Below, piece after piece: positions 22,885 to 34,072 of a stretch of DNA of 64,000 bases; within the stretch, counting starts at the first letter, position 1, and each line of letters opens with the position of its first letter. The stretch is from an uncultured Actinomycetes bacterium. GTDB lineage: Bacteria; Actinomycetota; UBA4738; JBBDTT01. Both the position numbers and the translations under genes were made by a program. The notes beneath the pieces were generated by a model. It ran no database searches, was not told where the DNA came from, and was given only the letters and a program-made list of their open reading frames with translations. Location: the NCBI GenBank assembly GCA_963742735.1, contig CAVUMN010000003.1:480001-544000 (forward strand). Reading direction: 5' to 3'.

Positions 22885-23050
22885 CTGGGCCTTCCTGGTG
22901 ACACGGGGCAGGGTGGTGCACCTTCACGGCGCGCTACGGGCAAAGCAGACAACCTTGAACACAAAATGGTGGACAAGACGGCCCTCGTCTGTCCAGTCCC
23001 CCATTCGGGGGGCACGGCGGCCATTGTGCCCCACCGATACACTCCCCGGC

Positions 23051-23341
23051 ATGCCGGTGGAGATCGATGTTGACCATGTTGCCCGTCTTGCGCGACTTGC
23101 TCTGACCGACGAGGAGCGGGAACGGTTCCGGGCGCAGCTCGCGGTGATCCTCGAGCACGCCGAGCGGGTCCGCGAGGTGGCCGCGGAGGACGTCCCCCCC
23201 ACGGCGCACCCCCTGCCGAGGGCGAACGTGTTCCGCGACGACGTCCCCGGCGAGACCCTCTCGCACGAGCTTGCGTTGTCGACCGCGCCCGAGACCGAGG
23301 ACGGCCGGTTCCGGGTCCCGCGGGTCACGGAGATCGAGTGA
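23051..23341 (+). CDS. gatC: Asp/Glu-tRNA amidotransferase subunit C (probably leaderless)
   Basis: [27 protein letters not shown]; TACACT 7 nt before ATG. Confidence 0.93.
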   Translation: MPVEIDVDHVARLARLALTDEERERFRAQLAVILEHAERVREVAAEDVPPTAHPLPRANVFRDDVPGETLSHELALSTAPETEDGRFRVPRVTEIE

Positions 23342-24797
23342 GCGTGGAGCTCTGCGACCTCCCCGCGCACGTGCTCACCGCGCGGATCGACGCCGGCGAG
23401 ATCACGTCTCTCGACGCCCTGGAGTCCTGTCTGGCCCGGATCGAGGCCGTCGAGCCCCGCGTCAAGGCCTTCCTGACCGACCACGCCGGAGGCGGCCCGG
23501 GAACGCGCCGCCACCGCCCCGAGCGGCGGGCGTCGGCGGCATCCCCCTCGCCCTGAAGGACGTGCTCGCGACGAAGGGCATCCGCACCACGTGCGGCTCG
23601 AAGATCCTGGAGTCGTACGTCCCGCCCTACGACTGCACGGCGTGGGAGCGGCTGAGCGCGGCCGGCTCCGTCCTGATCGGCAAGACCAACTGCGACGAGT
23701 TCGCCATGGGGTCCTCCACCGAGAACTCCGCGTTCTTTCCGACCCGCAACCCGTGGGATCTCGACCGGGTCCCGGGCGGGTCCAGCGGGGGTTCCGCGGC
23801 GGCGGTCGCGTCCGGGGAGGCGATCTGGGCGCTGGGGACCGACACCGGCGGCTCGGTGCGCCAGCCGGCCGCTCTATGCGGCATCGTCGGTCTGAAGCCG
23901 ACGTACGGCCTGGTGTCGCGCTACGGCCTGATCGCGTTCGCCTCCTCCCTCGACCACGTCTCCACGTTCAGCCGCGACGTCCGCGACGCGGCGACGCTGC
24001 TCTCCGCGATCGCCGGCCACGACCCGCGTGACTCGACCTCGCTCCCGCAGCCGCCACGCGACTACGCCGCCGGGATCGAGGAGGGGGTGAAGGGTCTTCG
24101 CGTGGGCGTGGTGGAGTCCTGGCTGGGGCAGGAGGGCGTGGAGCCGGGCGTCACCGAGCGGATTATCGAGGCCGCCGACCGCTTCGCCGCGCTCGGCGCC
24201 GAGGTCGGCTCGGTGGAGCTTCCCCACGCGGCCTACGCCCTGTCCGCGTACTACCTGATCGCCCCGGCCGAGGCGTCCTCGAACCTGGCCCGCTACGACG
24301 GGGTGCGCTACGGCCATCGCGCCCCGGACGTGCGCGACGTCGTGGAGATGAACATGCGCACACGCGGCGAGGGGTTCGGCGACGAGGTCAAGCGGCGGAT
24401 CATGCTCGGGACCTACTCGCTCTCGGCCGGGTACTACGACGCGTACTACGGCCAGGCCCAGAAGGTTCGCACGCTCGTGATCCGCGACTTCCAGGCGGCG
24501 TTCGAGAACTACGACCTGCTGCTGTCGCCGACGTCGCCCACGGTGGCCTTCCGGCTGGGGGAGAAGACGGAGAACCCGCTCTCGATGTACCTGGCCGACG
24601 TCTTCACCATCCCGGCCGACCTGGCGGGCATCCCCGCCATCTCCGTGCCTGGGGGACTGGCGAAGGGGCTGCCGGTCGGGGTGCAGCTGATGGGCCGCGC
24701 CCTGGACGAGGCCACCGTGCTCCGCGCGGCGTGGGCGTTCGAACAGGACCTGGGCTTCGCCGAGCGTCCACCGCTCCTGGAGGGTCTCCCCGCATGA
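23338..24797 (+). CDS. gatA: Asp/Glu-tRNA amidotransferase subunit A (apparent indels at about 23480-23535)
   Basis: [44 protein letters not shown]; N-terminus in another frame. Confidence 0.93.
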
Positions 24798-25315
24798 CCG
24801 GGGCGCGGCTGGCCCGGCTCGGCTCGGGCATCGGACTGGTGCTGGGCGGCGTGTACGCGCTGTGGCTCGCGCTGGAGCAGTCCCGCCCCGGACGGGCGGG
24901 GCTGACGCCCGGGCTCGCCCTCGGCCTCGGCTACCTGGCCCCGTTCGCGGTGGCGGGCGCCGCCGGCCGCCTGTTGGACCCGGGGCTTCGGCGCGGGATG
25001 TGGCTGGGATGTGGCGTCCTCGCCGTGGTCCTGGCGATGACGTCGCTGACCGGAGTCACCCTCCCGCTCGTCGTGCCGGGCGGGCTGCTCCTGGCCGGGG
25101 CGATCCGCGAGCAGCGCCGGGACCGGGGCGCCGGGCCCGACGTCGGGACCGCGCTCGGCCTGGTGGGGGTCGGCGTCATCTCCGTGGTGGTGGTTCGAGT
25201 GTGGGCCGACGGCTACGGCGCGGCGCTGGCCGTGATCGGCTGGGCCGGCGTGGGGGCGTGGATGCTCGCGCGGTTGTCCATGGACCGCCGGCGCCACCTG
25301 GGGGTCCCGCCGTGA
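24794..25315 (+). CDS. Hypothetical membrane protein between gatA and gatB
   Basis: Several hydrophobic segments; ATGA/GTGA overlaps on both sides. Confidence 0.7.
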   Translation: MTGARLARLGSGIGLVLGGVYALWLALEQSRPGRAGLTPGLALGLGYLAPFAVAGAAGRLLDPGLRRGMWLGCGVLAVVLAMTSLTGVTLPLVVPGGLLLAGAIREQRRDRGAGPDVGTALGLVGVGVISVVVVRVWADGYGAALAVIGWAGVGAWMLARLSMDRRRHLGVPP

Positions 25316-26766
25316 CCGCCTACCAGACGGTGATCGGGCTGGAGTGCCACGTCGAGCTCTCCACGGCGACGAAGATGTTCTGCGGGTGCCCGAATCACTT
25401 CGGCTCGCCGCCCAACACCAACGTCTGTCCGGTCTGCCTGGGCCATCCGGGAACGCTGCCGGTGACCAACCGTGCCGCGATCGAGCACACCATGACCATC
25501 GGGCTGGCCCTCGGGTGCGCGATCGCCGAGCGCAGCCTCTTCCACCGGAAGAACTACTTCTATCCGGACATGCCGAAGAACTATCAGATCTCCCAGTACG
25601 ACCTGCCGCTGTGCACCGCCGGCACCCTTCCCATCGTGGTGGACGGGGAGGCCCGCTCGATCGGTGTCCACCGGGTCCACCTGGAGGAGGACACCGGCAA
25701 GAGCCATCACGCCGGGACGACCGGGCGGATCGCCGAGGCCGAGTACGCCCTTCTCGATTACAACCGCGCCGGCGTCCCCCTGGTGGAGGTGGTCTCTGAG
25801 CCGGACATGCGCTCGGCCGAGGAGGCGCGCGCGTACCTGACCGAGCTCCGCCTGGTCCTCGAGTCCCTCGGCGTCTCGGACGTGCGGATGGAGGAGGGGT
25901 CGCTTCGCTGCGACGCCAACGTCTCGCTGCGCCCCGAGGGCGCCGCCGAGCTCGGCACGAAGGTCGAGATCAAGAACGTGAACTCGATCCGCTCCCTGGA
26001 GCGGGCGATCCGCTACGAGGCAGGAGCGCCAGGCCGCCGCCCTTGACGCGGGCGAGCCCCTCGTTCAGGAGACGCGGCACTGGGACGAGAAGGAGGGGGT
26101 CACGAAACCGCTGCGCTCCAAGGAGTACGCGTTCGACTACCGGTACTTCCCGGAGCCCGATCTGCAGCCGGTGGAGCCCGACCGGGCCTGGGTGGACGGC
26201 CTGCGGGCGGCGTTGCCGGAGCTTCCCGCGGCGCGGCGGGCCCGGTTCGCCGCCGACTACGGCCTGGAGCCGGCCACCGTGCGGATCCTGACCGGCGACC
26301 GGGCGTGGGGCGGGTTCTTCGAGGCCGCCGTCGAGCTCGGCGCCGATCCCCGGGGCGCCGCGAACTGGATGACCGGCGACCTGGCCGGCTTGCTGAACGA
26401 GGCCCACGAGGACCTGGAGTCCTCGAAGGTCACGCCCGGCCACCTCGCCGAGCTCGTCGCCCTGGTGGGAGACGGGACGATCTCGACCGCGGGCGGGAAG
26501 GCGGCCCTGGCCGAGGCATTCTCGAGCGGGGACGCGATCGGGGCCATCGTCGAGGCCAAGGGCCTGCGGCAGGTTTCGGACGCCACGGGCAGCTCCTGGC
26601 GATCATCGACCGGGTCATCGAGGAGAACCCCGCGCAGGTCGAGCAGTTCCGGGGCGGCAAGGAGGGCGTGATCGGCTTCCTGGTCGGCCAGGTGATGAAG
26701 GCGAGCGGCGGCTCGGCGAACCCGAAGGAGGCACAGCGGCTTCTCCGGGAGCGGCTGACCGCGTAG
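25312..26766 (+). CDS. gatB: Asp/Glu-tRNA amidotransferase subunit B (apparent indels near 26022 and 26588)
   Basis: [46 protein letters not shown] spread over three frames. Confidence 0.93.
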
Positions 26767-26781
26767 GACGGCTCCGCCGGG

Positions 26782-27944
26782 TTGCGGCGCGGGCCACGGC
26801 CCCCGCGCGGCGGCTGGTCACGTCAGATCGAGCCATCGACGCCTACGCCCTCGTCCACGCGACCAGCGTCGCCGGGGACGCGCTGCTCGCGATCGGGCTG
26901 GCGGACTCGGTGTTCTTCTCCGTCTCCGCCGATCAGGCGACGTGGCGGGTGGCCGCCTACCTGCTGCTGACGATGGCGCCCCTCGCCGCGGCGGCCCCGG
27001 TCCTCGTCCGGGTGCTCGACCGAGGAGGGTTCCGCCGGGCCGTCACGTTCGGGGCGGCCGTGTTCCGCGGGCTCGTCGCCGTCCTGCTGGCCTCGCGCAC
27101 CCATACCTGGCTGCTGTTCCCGCTGGCGTTCGCGGCCCTCGTGGCCGCCCGGGTTCACCTGGTCTCGAAGAACGCGCTGACCGCCGCGTACGCGGAGCAG
27201 GTCGGGCTCGTGAACGAGAACGCGCTGCTCTCGCGGGTGGCGGCGATCAGCGCGACGCTCGCGTCGATCCCCGGCGTGCTGGCGGTCAAGTTCGGCGGAT
27301 CGGGGGCGGTCGTGATCCTCGCCGCGGTCGCGTATGCGGGATGCGCGCTGCTGTCGCTCCGCCTTCCCGCCACGCCGGAGCCGCCGGGCACGCCCGAGGG
27401 CGAGGTCCCGCGTCTCAGCCGGATGGTCCGGGCGGTGGGCGACGGGATGACCGGGATCCGGGGCGGAACGGGGTTCCTGGTCCTGCTGATCGCGTTCGGC
27501 CTGCGCCGGGTGGACGGCCCCGCGTACTGGCTCGCGATCATGGTCGGAGCCCTGGCGGTGGGGACGTTCCTGGGTGCGTTCCTCGCGCCCCGGCTCGCGC
27601 ACGACGGACGCGAGGAACCGGTGATGCTCGGGTCCCTCGTCCTGACGGCGCTCGGCGCGCTGGTCGCGTCGATCCAGTTCAGCCTGCCGATGCTCGGGGT
27701 CTTCGTTCTGTTGGCCGGCGTCGCCTCCGAGACGGCCCGGCTCGGGTTCCAGAGCCTCATCCAGAAGGAGGCGGGCCCGGGCGCCGAGGGGCGGGCCTAC
27801 GTCCGCTACGAGGTTCGGTTCCAGCTGGCGTGGGTCGCGGGCGCGTTCGTCCCGGCGATGCTTCCGATCACGTTCCGACCCGGGCTCCTGGTGCTGACCG
27901 CGCTGTACGCCGCGGTGGCGGTCTGGATCACCGTCCGGGACTAG
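26782..27944 (+). CDS. MFS-type membrane protein (start uncertain)
   Basis: AGDALLAIGLADSVFF, VAAYLLLTMAP, FQLAWVAGA; many TM segments; coding frame extends upstream of GTG 26910. Confidence 0.75.
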
Positions 27945-28047
27945 CCGGGGCATGGTCATTTCTGACTACCAGTCGGGCTGCTCGAGGGGCTGCCCCCGCT
28001 TCCGCCACCGCCGGGCGGCTAGGCGAGAACCGGCAACGGCGCGCGAC

Positions 28048-28080
28048 GAGAGCGGCGTCCCGTTCGGGGGCGCCGCTCTC
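28048..28080. terminator. Hairpin between convergent genes
   Basis: GAGAGCGGCGTCCC-loop-GGGGCGCCGCTCTC. Confidence 0.7.
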
Positions 28081-28090
28081 TCGCCTGAGG

Positions 28091-28924
28091 CTACGTCGGG
28101 ATGTCCCGCTCGCCGGAGGTGCGCAGGGCCTCCCGGCGCTCGGCCTCCTTGCGCAGCATCGGGTAGGCGGCCTTGTTGCCTACCGCGTAGGTCAGCCGGG
28201 GAGACATGGCGAGGATCACATCGGAGATCTTGGTGAGGGCCCCGCTGACCGTGACCTCGGGCCGGTCGCGCTCGATGGCCTGGATCGTCTTGGTCACCAC
28301 CTTCTCGACGGTGGTCGTCGTCCCCATCGGCGTCTTCGAGCCCCAGTCCCGGTCGTACATGCCGGCGCCCTTCACGTAGCCCGGCGACACCACCGAGGCG
28401 CTCACGCCCGTCCCGATGAGCTCGGCCCGGAGCGACAGGGTAAACCCGATCACCCCGTGCTTCGTGGCGGAGTAGGTGACGGTGTACGGGACCATGTTCT
28501 TGCCGGCGGTCGAAGCCATGTTCACCACGTGGCCCCGCCTGCGCTCGCGCATGCCGGGCAGCGCCTCGCGGGTCAGCAGGATCGTGGAGGTCAGGTTCAG
28601 CTCGATCATCCGTGCGATGTCCTTCGGCGCGAGCGCGGTGTACGGCGACCACTCGTCGAACCCGGCGTTGTTGATGAGGATGTCGACGGGGCCGAATGCC
28701 TTCTCGGTGGCGCGAAGCATCCGCGCTCGGTCGGCTTTCTTCGTGACGTCACCGGGCACGGCCGCGGCGCGGTCGCCGAGGGTCGCCGCCAACGCCTCCA
28801 GCTCGTCGGCGGACCGGGCCGTGAGCGCGACGCGAGCTCCCTTCTCCACGAGCTCGCGGGCGAGCACGGCCCCGATCCCCCGGGACGCGCCGGTCAACAG
28901 CACGGTCGAGCCGGCGATCTTCAT
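28091..28924 (-). CDS. Short-chain dehydrogenase/reductase
   Basis: TGASRGIG, NNAG, YSATK. Confidence 0.92.
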   Translation of the reverse strand: MKIAGSTVLLTGASRGIGAVLARELVEKGARVALTARSADELEALAATLGDRAAAVPGDVTKKADRARMLRATEKAFGPVDILINNAGFDEWSPYTALAPKDIARMIELNLTSTILLTREALPGMRERRRGHVVNMASTAGKNMVPYTVTYSATKHGVIGFTLSLRAELIGTGVSASVVSPGYVKGAGMYDRDWGSKTPMGTTTTVEKVVTKTIQAIERDRPEVTVSGALTKISDVILAMSPRLTYAVGNKAAYPMLRKEAERREALRTSGERDIPT

Positions 28925-29748
28925 TCGGTCTCCCTCGAGGCGGCGTTGACCTCGGCGGTTCGCTTGATCAGTGCGTGCGCCGGGTTCCGCAGGTACGCGG
29001 CCTGTGAGAACCTCGGCGAGACCGCCAGCCCCACGTCGGCGATCCTCCCGAGGAACCCCATGGAGACGACCTCCGGCCGCTCCTCCTCGATCGCCTTCAC
29101 GACGGCCGCGGCCACCTTGTCCACGGTCGTCCCGCTGCCCCCGATCGACTTCTTGGCGAGCTGGTTCGCGTACATGCCCACGTCGTCCACGGTGCCGGGG
29201 CTGACGATCGAGACGCCGACGCCGGTTCCCCTGAGCTCCGCGTACAGGCCGAACGAGAACCCCTTGACCGCGTGCTTGGTGGCCGCGTAGATCGTCTCGT
29301 AGGGGACGATCGTCATCCCCGCGATCGACGCGAGGTTCACCACGTGGCCGCGCTTGCGTTCGAGCATGCCGGGCAGGACGCGGTGGGTGAGGAGCATCAG
29401 CGCGACCAGGTTCAGGTCGATCTGCGTGCGGACGTCGGCCTCGGTCTGATCCGTGAGGGCCAGGATCGTCTGCATGCCCGCGCCGTTGACGAGGACGTCG
29501 ATCGGGCCGAGGTCCTTCTCGACCCGCTTCACGAGCCGCTCGCGATCGGCCGCCTTCGTCACGTCGCAGGCGACGGCGATCGCCGTGGCGCCCCGAGCCG
29601 CCAGCGAGTCGCGGACGGCGTCGAGCTCGTCCTGCGAGCGGGCGGCCAGGGCGAGCTTCGCGCCCCGTTTGGCGAGCGCGCCGGCGATCAGGGGACCCAG
29701 TCCCTTCGAGCCGCCGGTGAGGAGCACGTTGGTGCCCGAGAGCCGCAT
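28921..29748 (-). CDS. Short-chain dehydrogenase/reductase (paralog of neighbour)
   Basis: TGGSKGLG, NGAG, YAATK. Confidence 0.92.
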   Translation of the reverse strand: MRLSGTNVLLTGGSKGLGPLIAGALAKRGAKLALAARSQDELDAVRDSLAARGATAIAVACDVTKAADRERLVKRVEKDLGPIDVLVNGAGMQTILALTDQTEADVRTQIDLNLVALMLLTHRVLPGMLERKRGHVVNLASIAGMTIVPYETIYAATKHAVKGFSFGLYAELRGTGVGVSIVSPGTVDDVGMYANQLAKKSIGGSGTTVDKVAAAVVKAIEEERPEVVSMGFLGRIADVGLAVSPRFSQAAYLRNPAHALIKRTAEVNAASRETE

Positions 29749-29838
29749 GGAGCGGACATTCTGGACCGAAGGCACGCACCCGCGCGAGCCGGATTCCCTC
29801 GTAGGGTGGGGCGAACGACCCGATGGAGGTGGATGCGG

Positions 29839-30699
29839 ATGGCGAAGCTCGCGTTCCTGGGGCTCGGGCAGATGGGGGAGCCCATGGCCCGGCGGCTGCT
29901 CGGCGCGGGACACGAGGTGACGGTCTGGAACCGGACCAGCGAACGCGCGGACGCCCTCGCCACGGACGGCGCCGGGGTGGCGGACTCCCCGGCGCAGGCC
30001 GCGGCCGGCGCGGACGCCGCATTCACCATGTTGACCGACCCGGCGGCGCTCGAGGACGTCGTGTTCGGGCAGGACGGGCTCGCGTCGGGGCTCGCGCCCG
30101 GGTCCGTCCTGGTCGAGATGTCGACGGTTGGGCCCGACGCCGTGCGCGACGTGGCCTCGCGGCTCCCGGAGGGCGTTTCGATGCTGGATGCGCCGGTGCT
30201 GGGAAGCGTGCCCGCGGTGATCGAAGGGTCGCTCAAGGTCCTCGTCGGCGGCGACCGGGCGACGTACGAGCGGCTGCGAGAGATGCTGGAGGTGTTCGGG
30301 CCGACGACCTACGTGGGCGAGCTGGGTGCCGGGGCCTCGATGAAGCTGGTGGCGAACTCGACGCTCGGCGCGGCGGTCGTCGGGCTGGGCGAGGCGCTGG
30401 CGCTCGCCGACAAGCTGGGGGTCCCGCAGGACGTGGCGCTGGACACCCTCTCGGGTGGCGCGCTGGGCAACGCCGTGCAGCGGACGCGGTCGGCGATCGA
30501 GGCGGGCGACTACTCGCCGCGGTTCAAGCTCTCCCTGGCCGAGAAGGACCTTCGCCTGGTCGAGGACGCCGCCCGCGAGTCGGGACTCGCGCTGCCCCTG
30601 GCGAGCGCCGCTCGGGCCTGGTTCGAGGACGCCGCCGGGGCCGGACGTGCCGAGGAGGACTACCCGGCCGTCATCGCCCACATCCGCGGCGAACGATAG
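29839..30699 (+). CDS. 3-hydroxyisobutyrate dehydrogenase family oxidoreductase
   Basis: FLGLGQMG, WNRT, LDAPVLG, MKLVAN, KDL. Confidence 0.9.
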   Translation: MAKLAFLGLGQMGEPMARRLLGAGHEVTVWNRTSERADALATDGAGVADSPAQAAAGADAAFTMLTDPAALEDVVFGQDGLASGLAPGSVLVEMSTVGPDAVRDVASRLPEGVSMLDAPVLGSVPAVIEGSLKVLVGGDRATYERLREMLEVFGPTTYVGELGAGASMKLVANSTLGAAVVGLGEALALADKLGVPQDVALDTLSGGALGNAVQRTRSAIEAGDYSPRFKLSLAEKDLRLVEDAARESGLALPLASAARAWFEDAAGAGRAEEDYPAVIAHIRGER

Positions 30700-30786
30700 G
30701 TCTGTCTCTCGGGACGTGACGGGGGTGCGGCGGAAGCCGGATGGTAATCTGGCCGTCGTTCCCCCCGAACCGCCAGAGGTGATTCC

Positions 30787-31941
30787 GTGACCGAACGACC
30801 CGAGATTCTGATGACCCCCGGGCCGACCCCGGTGCCGCCGGAGGTCCTGCTGGCCCAGGGCTCGCCGCTCGTCTACCACCGAGGCCCGGGCTTCGGCGCG
30901 CTGCTCCGCGAGGTCATGGACGGCCTGAAGGAGATCTACCGGACCAAGGGCGACGTCCTGGTGTTCGCGTCAAGCGGCACCGGCGGGCTCGAGTCCGCGG
31001 TCCAGAACCTCCTGTCGCCGGGCGACCGGGTCGTCGTGCCGGTGGCCGGGTACTTCGGTGAGCGGTTCGCCAAGATCGCCGAGGCCTACGGGGCGGACGT
31101 TCGCAAGATCGAGTACGAGTGGGGGAGCGCGACGCGCGTCGAGGACGTCGAGGCCGCGCTGGCCGAGGCGCCGACCAAGGCCGTCCTGATGCAGCACTCC
31201 GAGACCTCGACCGGCGTGATCCACGACGTCGAGGCGGTCGGCACGCTCACCAACGGCACGGACACGCTGCTCGTCGTCGACGTGATCTCCTCGCTCGGCG
31301 CGGTGCCCTACGAGGGCGACGCGTGGGGCGTCGATGTGGGCGTCGGCGGCGCGCAGAAGGCCCTGATGGGGACTCCCGGCCTGGCGTTCGTCTCCGTGAA
31401 CGAGAAGGCCTGGGAGGCGACGAAGACCGCGAAGAACCCGCGGTTCTATTTCGACTGGGCCACGTACAAGGCCAGCGCCTCGCTCGACGACCCGGAGAGC
31501 CCGTACACCCCCGCCATCTCGCTGGTGGCCGGCCTGGCCGCGGCCGTTCGCCTGTACCTCGACGAGGGGTACGAGGCCGTCCTGGAGCGCCACCGCATCC
31601 TGTCCGAGGCCACCAAGGAGGGCGTCAGAGCCCTCGGCCTCGACCTGGACGGCGAGGGGCCGGAGCGGGCCTGGGCGGTGACCGCGGTGCGGGCGCCGGA
31701 GGGCATCGACGGCAACGAGCTCGTCCAGCGGATCCGCTCGCGACACCGGATCATCCTGGCTCCGGGCCAGGGTCCGCTGAAGGGGAAGGTCTTTCGGATC
31801 GGCCACTTGGGCTACTACGACCGGTTCGACATCATCCGGTGCCTCGCCGCGCTGGAGATCACGCTCGAGGAGATGGGCTACCCGGTGAAGCGCGGTTCCG
31901 CGGTAGCCGCGGCGGAGTCGGTCTTCGCCGCCAACCCGTAG
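30787..31941 (+). CDS. Class V PLP aminotransferase (serine-pyruvate/alanine-glyoxylate family)
   Basis: MTPGPTPVP, HSETSTG, VDVISS, AQKAL, FRIGHLG. Confidence 0.9.
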   Translation: MTERPEILMTPGPTPVPPEVLLAQGSPLVYHRGPGFGALLREVMDGLKEIYRTKGDVLVFASSGTGGLESAVQNLLSPGDRVVVPVAGYFGERFAKIAEAYGADVRKIEYEWGSATRVEDVEAALAEAPTKAVLMQHSETSTGVIHDVEAVGTLTNGTDTLLVVDVISSLGAVPYEGDAWGVDVGVGGAQKALMGTPGLAFVSVNEKAWEATKTAKNPRFYFDWATYKASASLDDPESPYTPAISLVAGLAAAVRLYLDEGYEAVLERHRILSEATKEGVRALGLDLDGEGPERAWAVTAVRAPEGIDGNELVQRIRSRHRIILAPGQGPLKGKVFRIGHLGYYDRFDIIRCLAALEITLEEMGYPVKRGSAVAAAESVFAANP

Positions 31942-31948
31942 GGGCACC

Positions 31949-33544
31949 GTGGCGGGCCCGATGCGTGTCCTCGTCACCGAGCCGCTCTCGGAGCGCGGCC
32001 TGGAGCTGCTCCGTCAGGACTTCGAGGTCGACGTCCGCACCGAGCTGGCCTTTGACGGCCTGCCCGCCGAGGTCGGCGCCTACGACGCGCTGATCGTCCG
32101 CTCGCAGACCCAGGTCACCGCCGAGGTCGTCGAGCGCGCGGAGAACCTGAAGGTCATCGCCCGCGCCGGCATCGGGCTCGACAACGTGGACGTCGAGGCC
32201 GCGACCCGCCGCGGGATCATGGTGGTGAACGCGCCGCAGTCGAACATCGTGTCCGCGGCCGAGCACACCATCGCCCTGATGCTCGCGCAGGCCCGGAACA
32301 TCCCCCAGGCGAATGCCGCCCTGAAGGCCGGGACCTGGGCCCGCGACCGGTTCCAGGGGATGGAGCTCGCGGGCAAGACCCTGGGGATCGTCGGGCTCGG
32401 ACGCGTGGGGGCGATGGTCGCGCAACGTGCGCTGGCGTTCGGGATGCGCCTCATCGCGTTCGATCCCTACATCTCCAAGGACCGGGCGCGGCAGATGGGC
32501 GTGGAGCTCATGCCGAACCTGGAGGCGATGCTGGTGCAGTCCGACGTCGTGACGATCCACCTGCCGAAGAACCCGGAGACGACGGCCCTGATCGGCGAGC
32601 CGCAGCTCGCGCTCATGAAGGAGGGCGCGCGGATCATCAACACCGCGCGCGGAGGGATCGTCGACGAGGATGCCCTGGCGAAGTCGATCAAGGACGGTCA
32701 CCTCGGCGGCGCGGCCCTCGACGTGTTCGTCACCGAGCCGACCACCGAACATGCGCTGTTCGACTTCGACAGCGTGGTCGTGACCCCGCACCTGGGCGCC
32801 TCGACCGCCGAGGCGCAGGACAAGGCGGGGACGGCGATCGCGGAGATGGTGGCCCTGGCGCTGAAGGGCGAGTTCGTCCCGTACGCGGTCAACGTCTCGG
32901 CGGCGGCGGAGGTTCCCGAGCAGGTCCGCCCGTTCATGGGCCTGGCCGAGCGCCTCGGCGCGATCCTCACCGGGCTGGCAGAGGGGCCGATGCGTTCGTT
33001 CGAGGCGGAGTACCTGGGGCGGATCGCCGAGCACGACACCCGGGTCTTGACCCTGGCCGCGCTGAAGGGATCGCTGGCCGGCGTGGTCCACGAGCCGGTG
33101 AGCTTCGTCAACGCCCCGGTCATCGCGCGCGAACGGGGGCTCGCGGTGAGCGAGAAGAAGTCGGCCGTGAGTCGCGACTACGTGAACCTGGTGACGCTGC
33201 GCGCCGACACCGAGGCCGGCGAGGTCACGGTGGCGGGGACCCTGGTCGGCAAGCGCGACGCGGAGCGGCTCACGATGGTGCACGGCTTCGACGTCGACAT
33301 GGCGCCGGCCACGTACATGGCGTTCTTCCTCTACGAGGACCGGCCCGGCGTGATCGGGACGGTCGGTTCCTTGCTCGGCGACGCCGGCGTGAACATCGCC
33401 AGCATGGAGGTCTCCCGCAAGGAGCAGGGCGGACGGGCGCTGATGGGCCTCACCGTCGACAGCCCGATCCCCGACGACATCCTGGGTCGCATCGTGGACC
33501 AGGTCGGCATGGACGGCGCCCGTCCGATCGTCCTGCCCGGCTAG
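31949..33544 (+). CDS. serA: D-3-phosphoglycerate dehydrogenase
   Basis: ARAGIGLDNVD, GLGRVG, TPHLGAST, ASB and ACT domains (DRPGVIG). Confidence 0.96.
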   Translation: MAGPMRVLVTEPLSERGLELLRQDFEVDVRTELAFDGLPAEVGAYDALIVRSQTQVTAEVVERAENLKVIARAGIGLDNVDVEAATRRGIMVVNAPQSNIVSAAEHTIALMLAQARNIPQANAALKAGTWARDRFQGMELAGKTLGIVGLGRVGAMVAQRALAFGMRLIAFDPYISKDRARQMGVELMPNLEAMLVQSDVVTIHLPKNPETTALIGEPQLALMKEGARIINTARGGIVDEDALAKSIKDGHLGGAALDVFVTEPTTEHALFDFDSVVVTPHLGASTAEAQDKAGTAIAEMVALALKGEFVPYAVNVSAAAEVPEQVRPFMGLAERLGAILTGLAEGPMRSFEAEYLGRIAEHDTRVLTLAALKGSLAGVVHEPVSFVNAPVIARERGLAVSEKKSAVSRDYVNLVTLRADTEAGEVTVAGTLVGKRDAERLTMVHGFDVDMAPATYMAFFLYEDRPGVIGTVGSLLGDAGVNIASMEVSRKEQGGRALMGLTVDSPIPDDILGRIVDQVGMDGARPIVLPG

Positions 33545-33555
33545 GGGAGCCGGGC

Positions 33556-34041
33556 TCAGCGCACCGCCTTCTTCACGAGCGCGGCGATGGCCGTCTCGTC
33601 GGCTGCGGTCAGCTTCGTCAGCGCGAAGCTGGTCGGCCACATTGAGCCCTGGTCGAGCTTCGCCGCGTCGTTGAAGCCGAACGTCGCATACCGCGCGTTG
33701 AACTTCGTCGCGCTCTGGAAGAAACAGACGACCTGGCCGTCCCTGGCGTAGGCGGGCATCCCGTACCAGGTCTTCGGCATGAGGTCCGGCGCGGTGGCCG
33801 TGACGATCTCGTGGATCCGCGTGCCCATGGATCGATCCGGCTGCGGCATCTCGGCGATCTTCTCGAGCAGGTCCTTCTCCCCGGCCGCCCGGTCCGCGCC
33901 GCGGCGCTCTTCCGCCTTCATCTCTCGGGCGCGCTCCTTCATCGCGGCGCGTTCCTCGGCCGTGAACCCCTTGGCGGACGTCTCGCGGCCCGCCAGCTTC
34001 GTCGCCGTGGGCTTCTTCGTGGCCGCCTTCTTTGCGCTCAT
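33556..34041 (-). CDS. DUF1801 / YdhG-like protein
   Basis: [46 protein letters not shown]. Confidence 0.85.
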   Translation of the reverse strand: MSAKKAATKKPTATKLAGRETSAKGFTAEERAAMKERAREMKAEERRGADRAAGEKDLLEKIAEMPQPDRSMGTRIHEIVTATAPDLMPKTWYGMPAYARDGQVVCFFQSATKFNARYATFGFNDAAKLDQGSMWPTSFALTKLTAADETAIAALVKKAVR

Positions 34042-34072
34042 CGTTCCCTCCTTCGGTGTCGTCACGGTCATG

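Noticed and set aside
23338-26766. Frameshifts in gatA (about 23480-23535) and gatB (about 26022, 26588) as pseudogenisation or programmed frameshifting
   Set aside because: GatCAB is normally essential with a non-discriminating GltX, all motifs are intact, no slippery sites are evident, and similar indels are scattered across the window. Sequencing or assembly errors are most likely.
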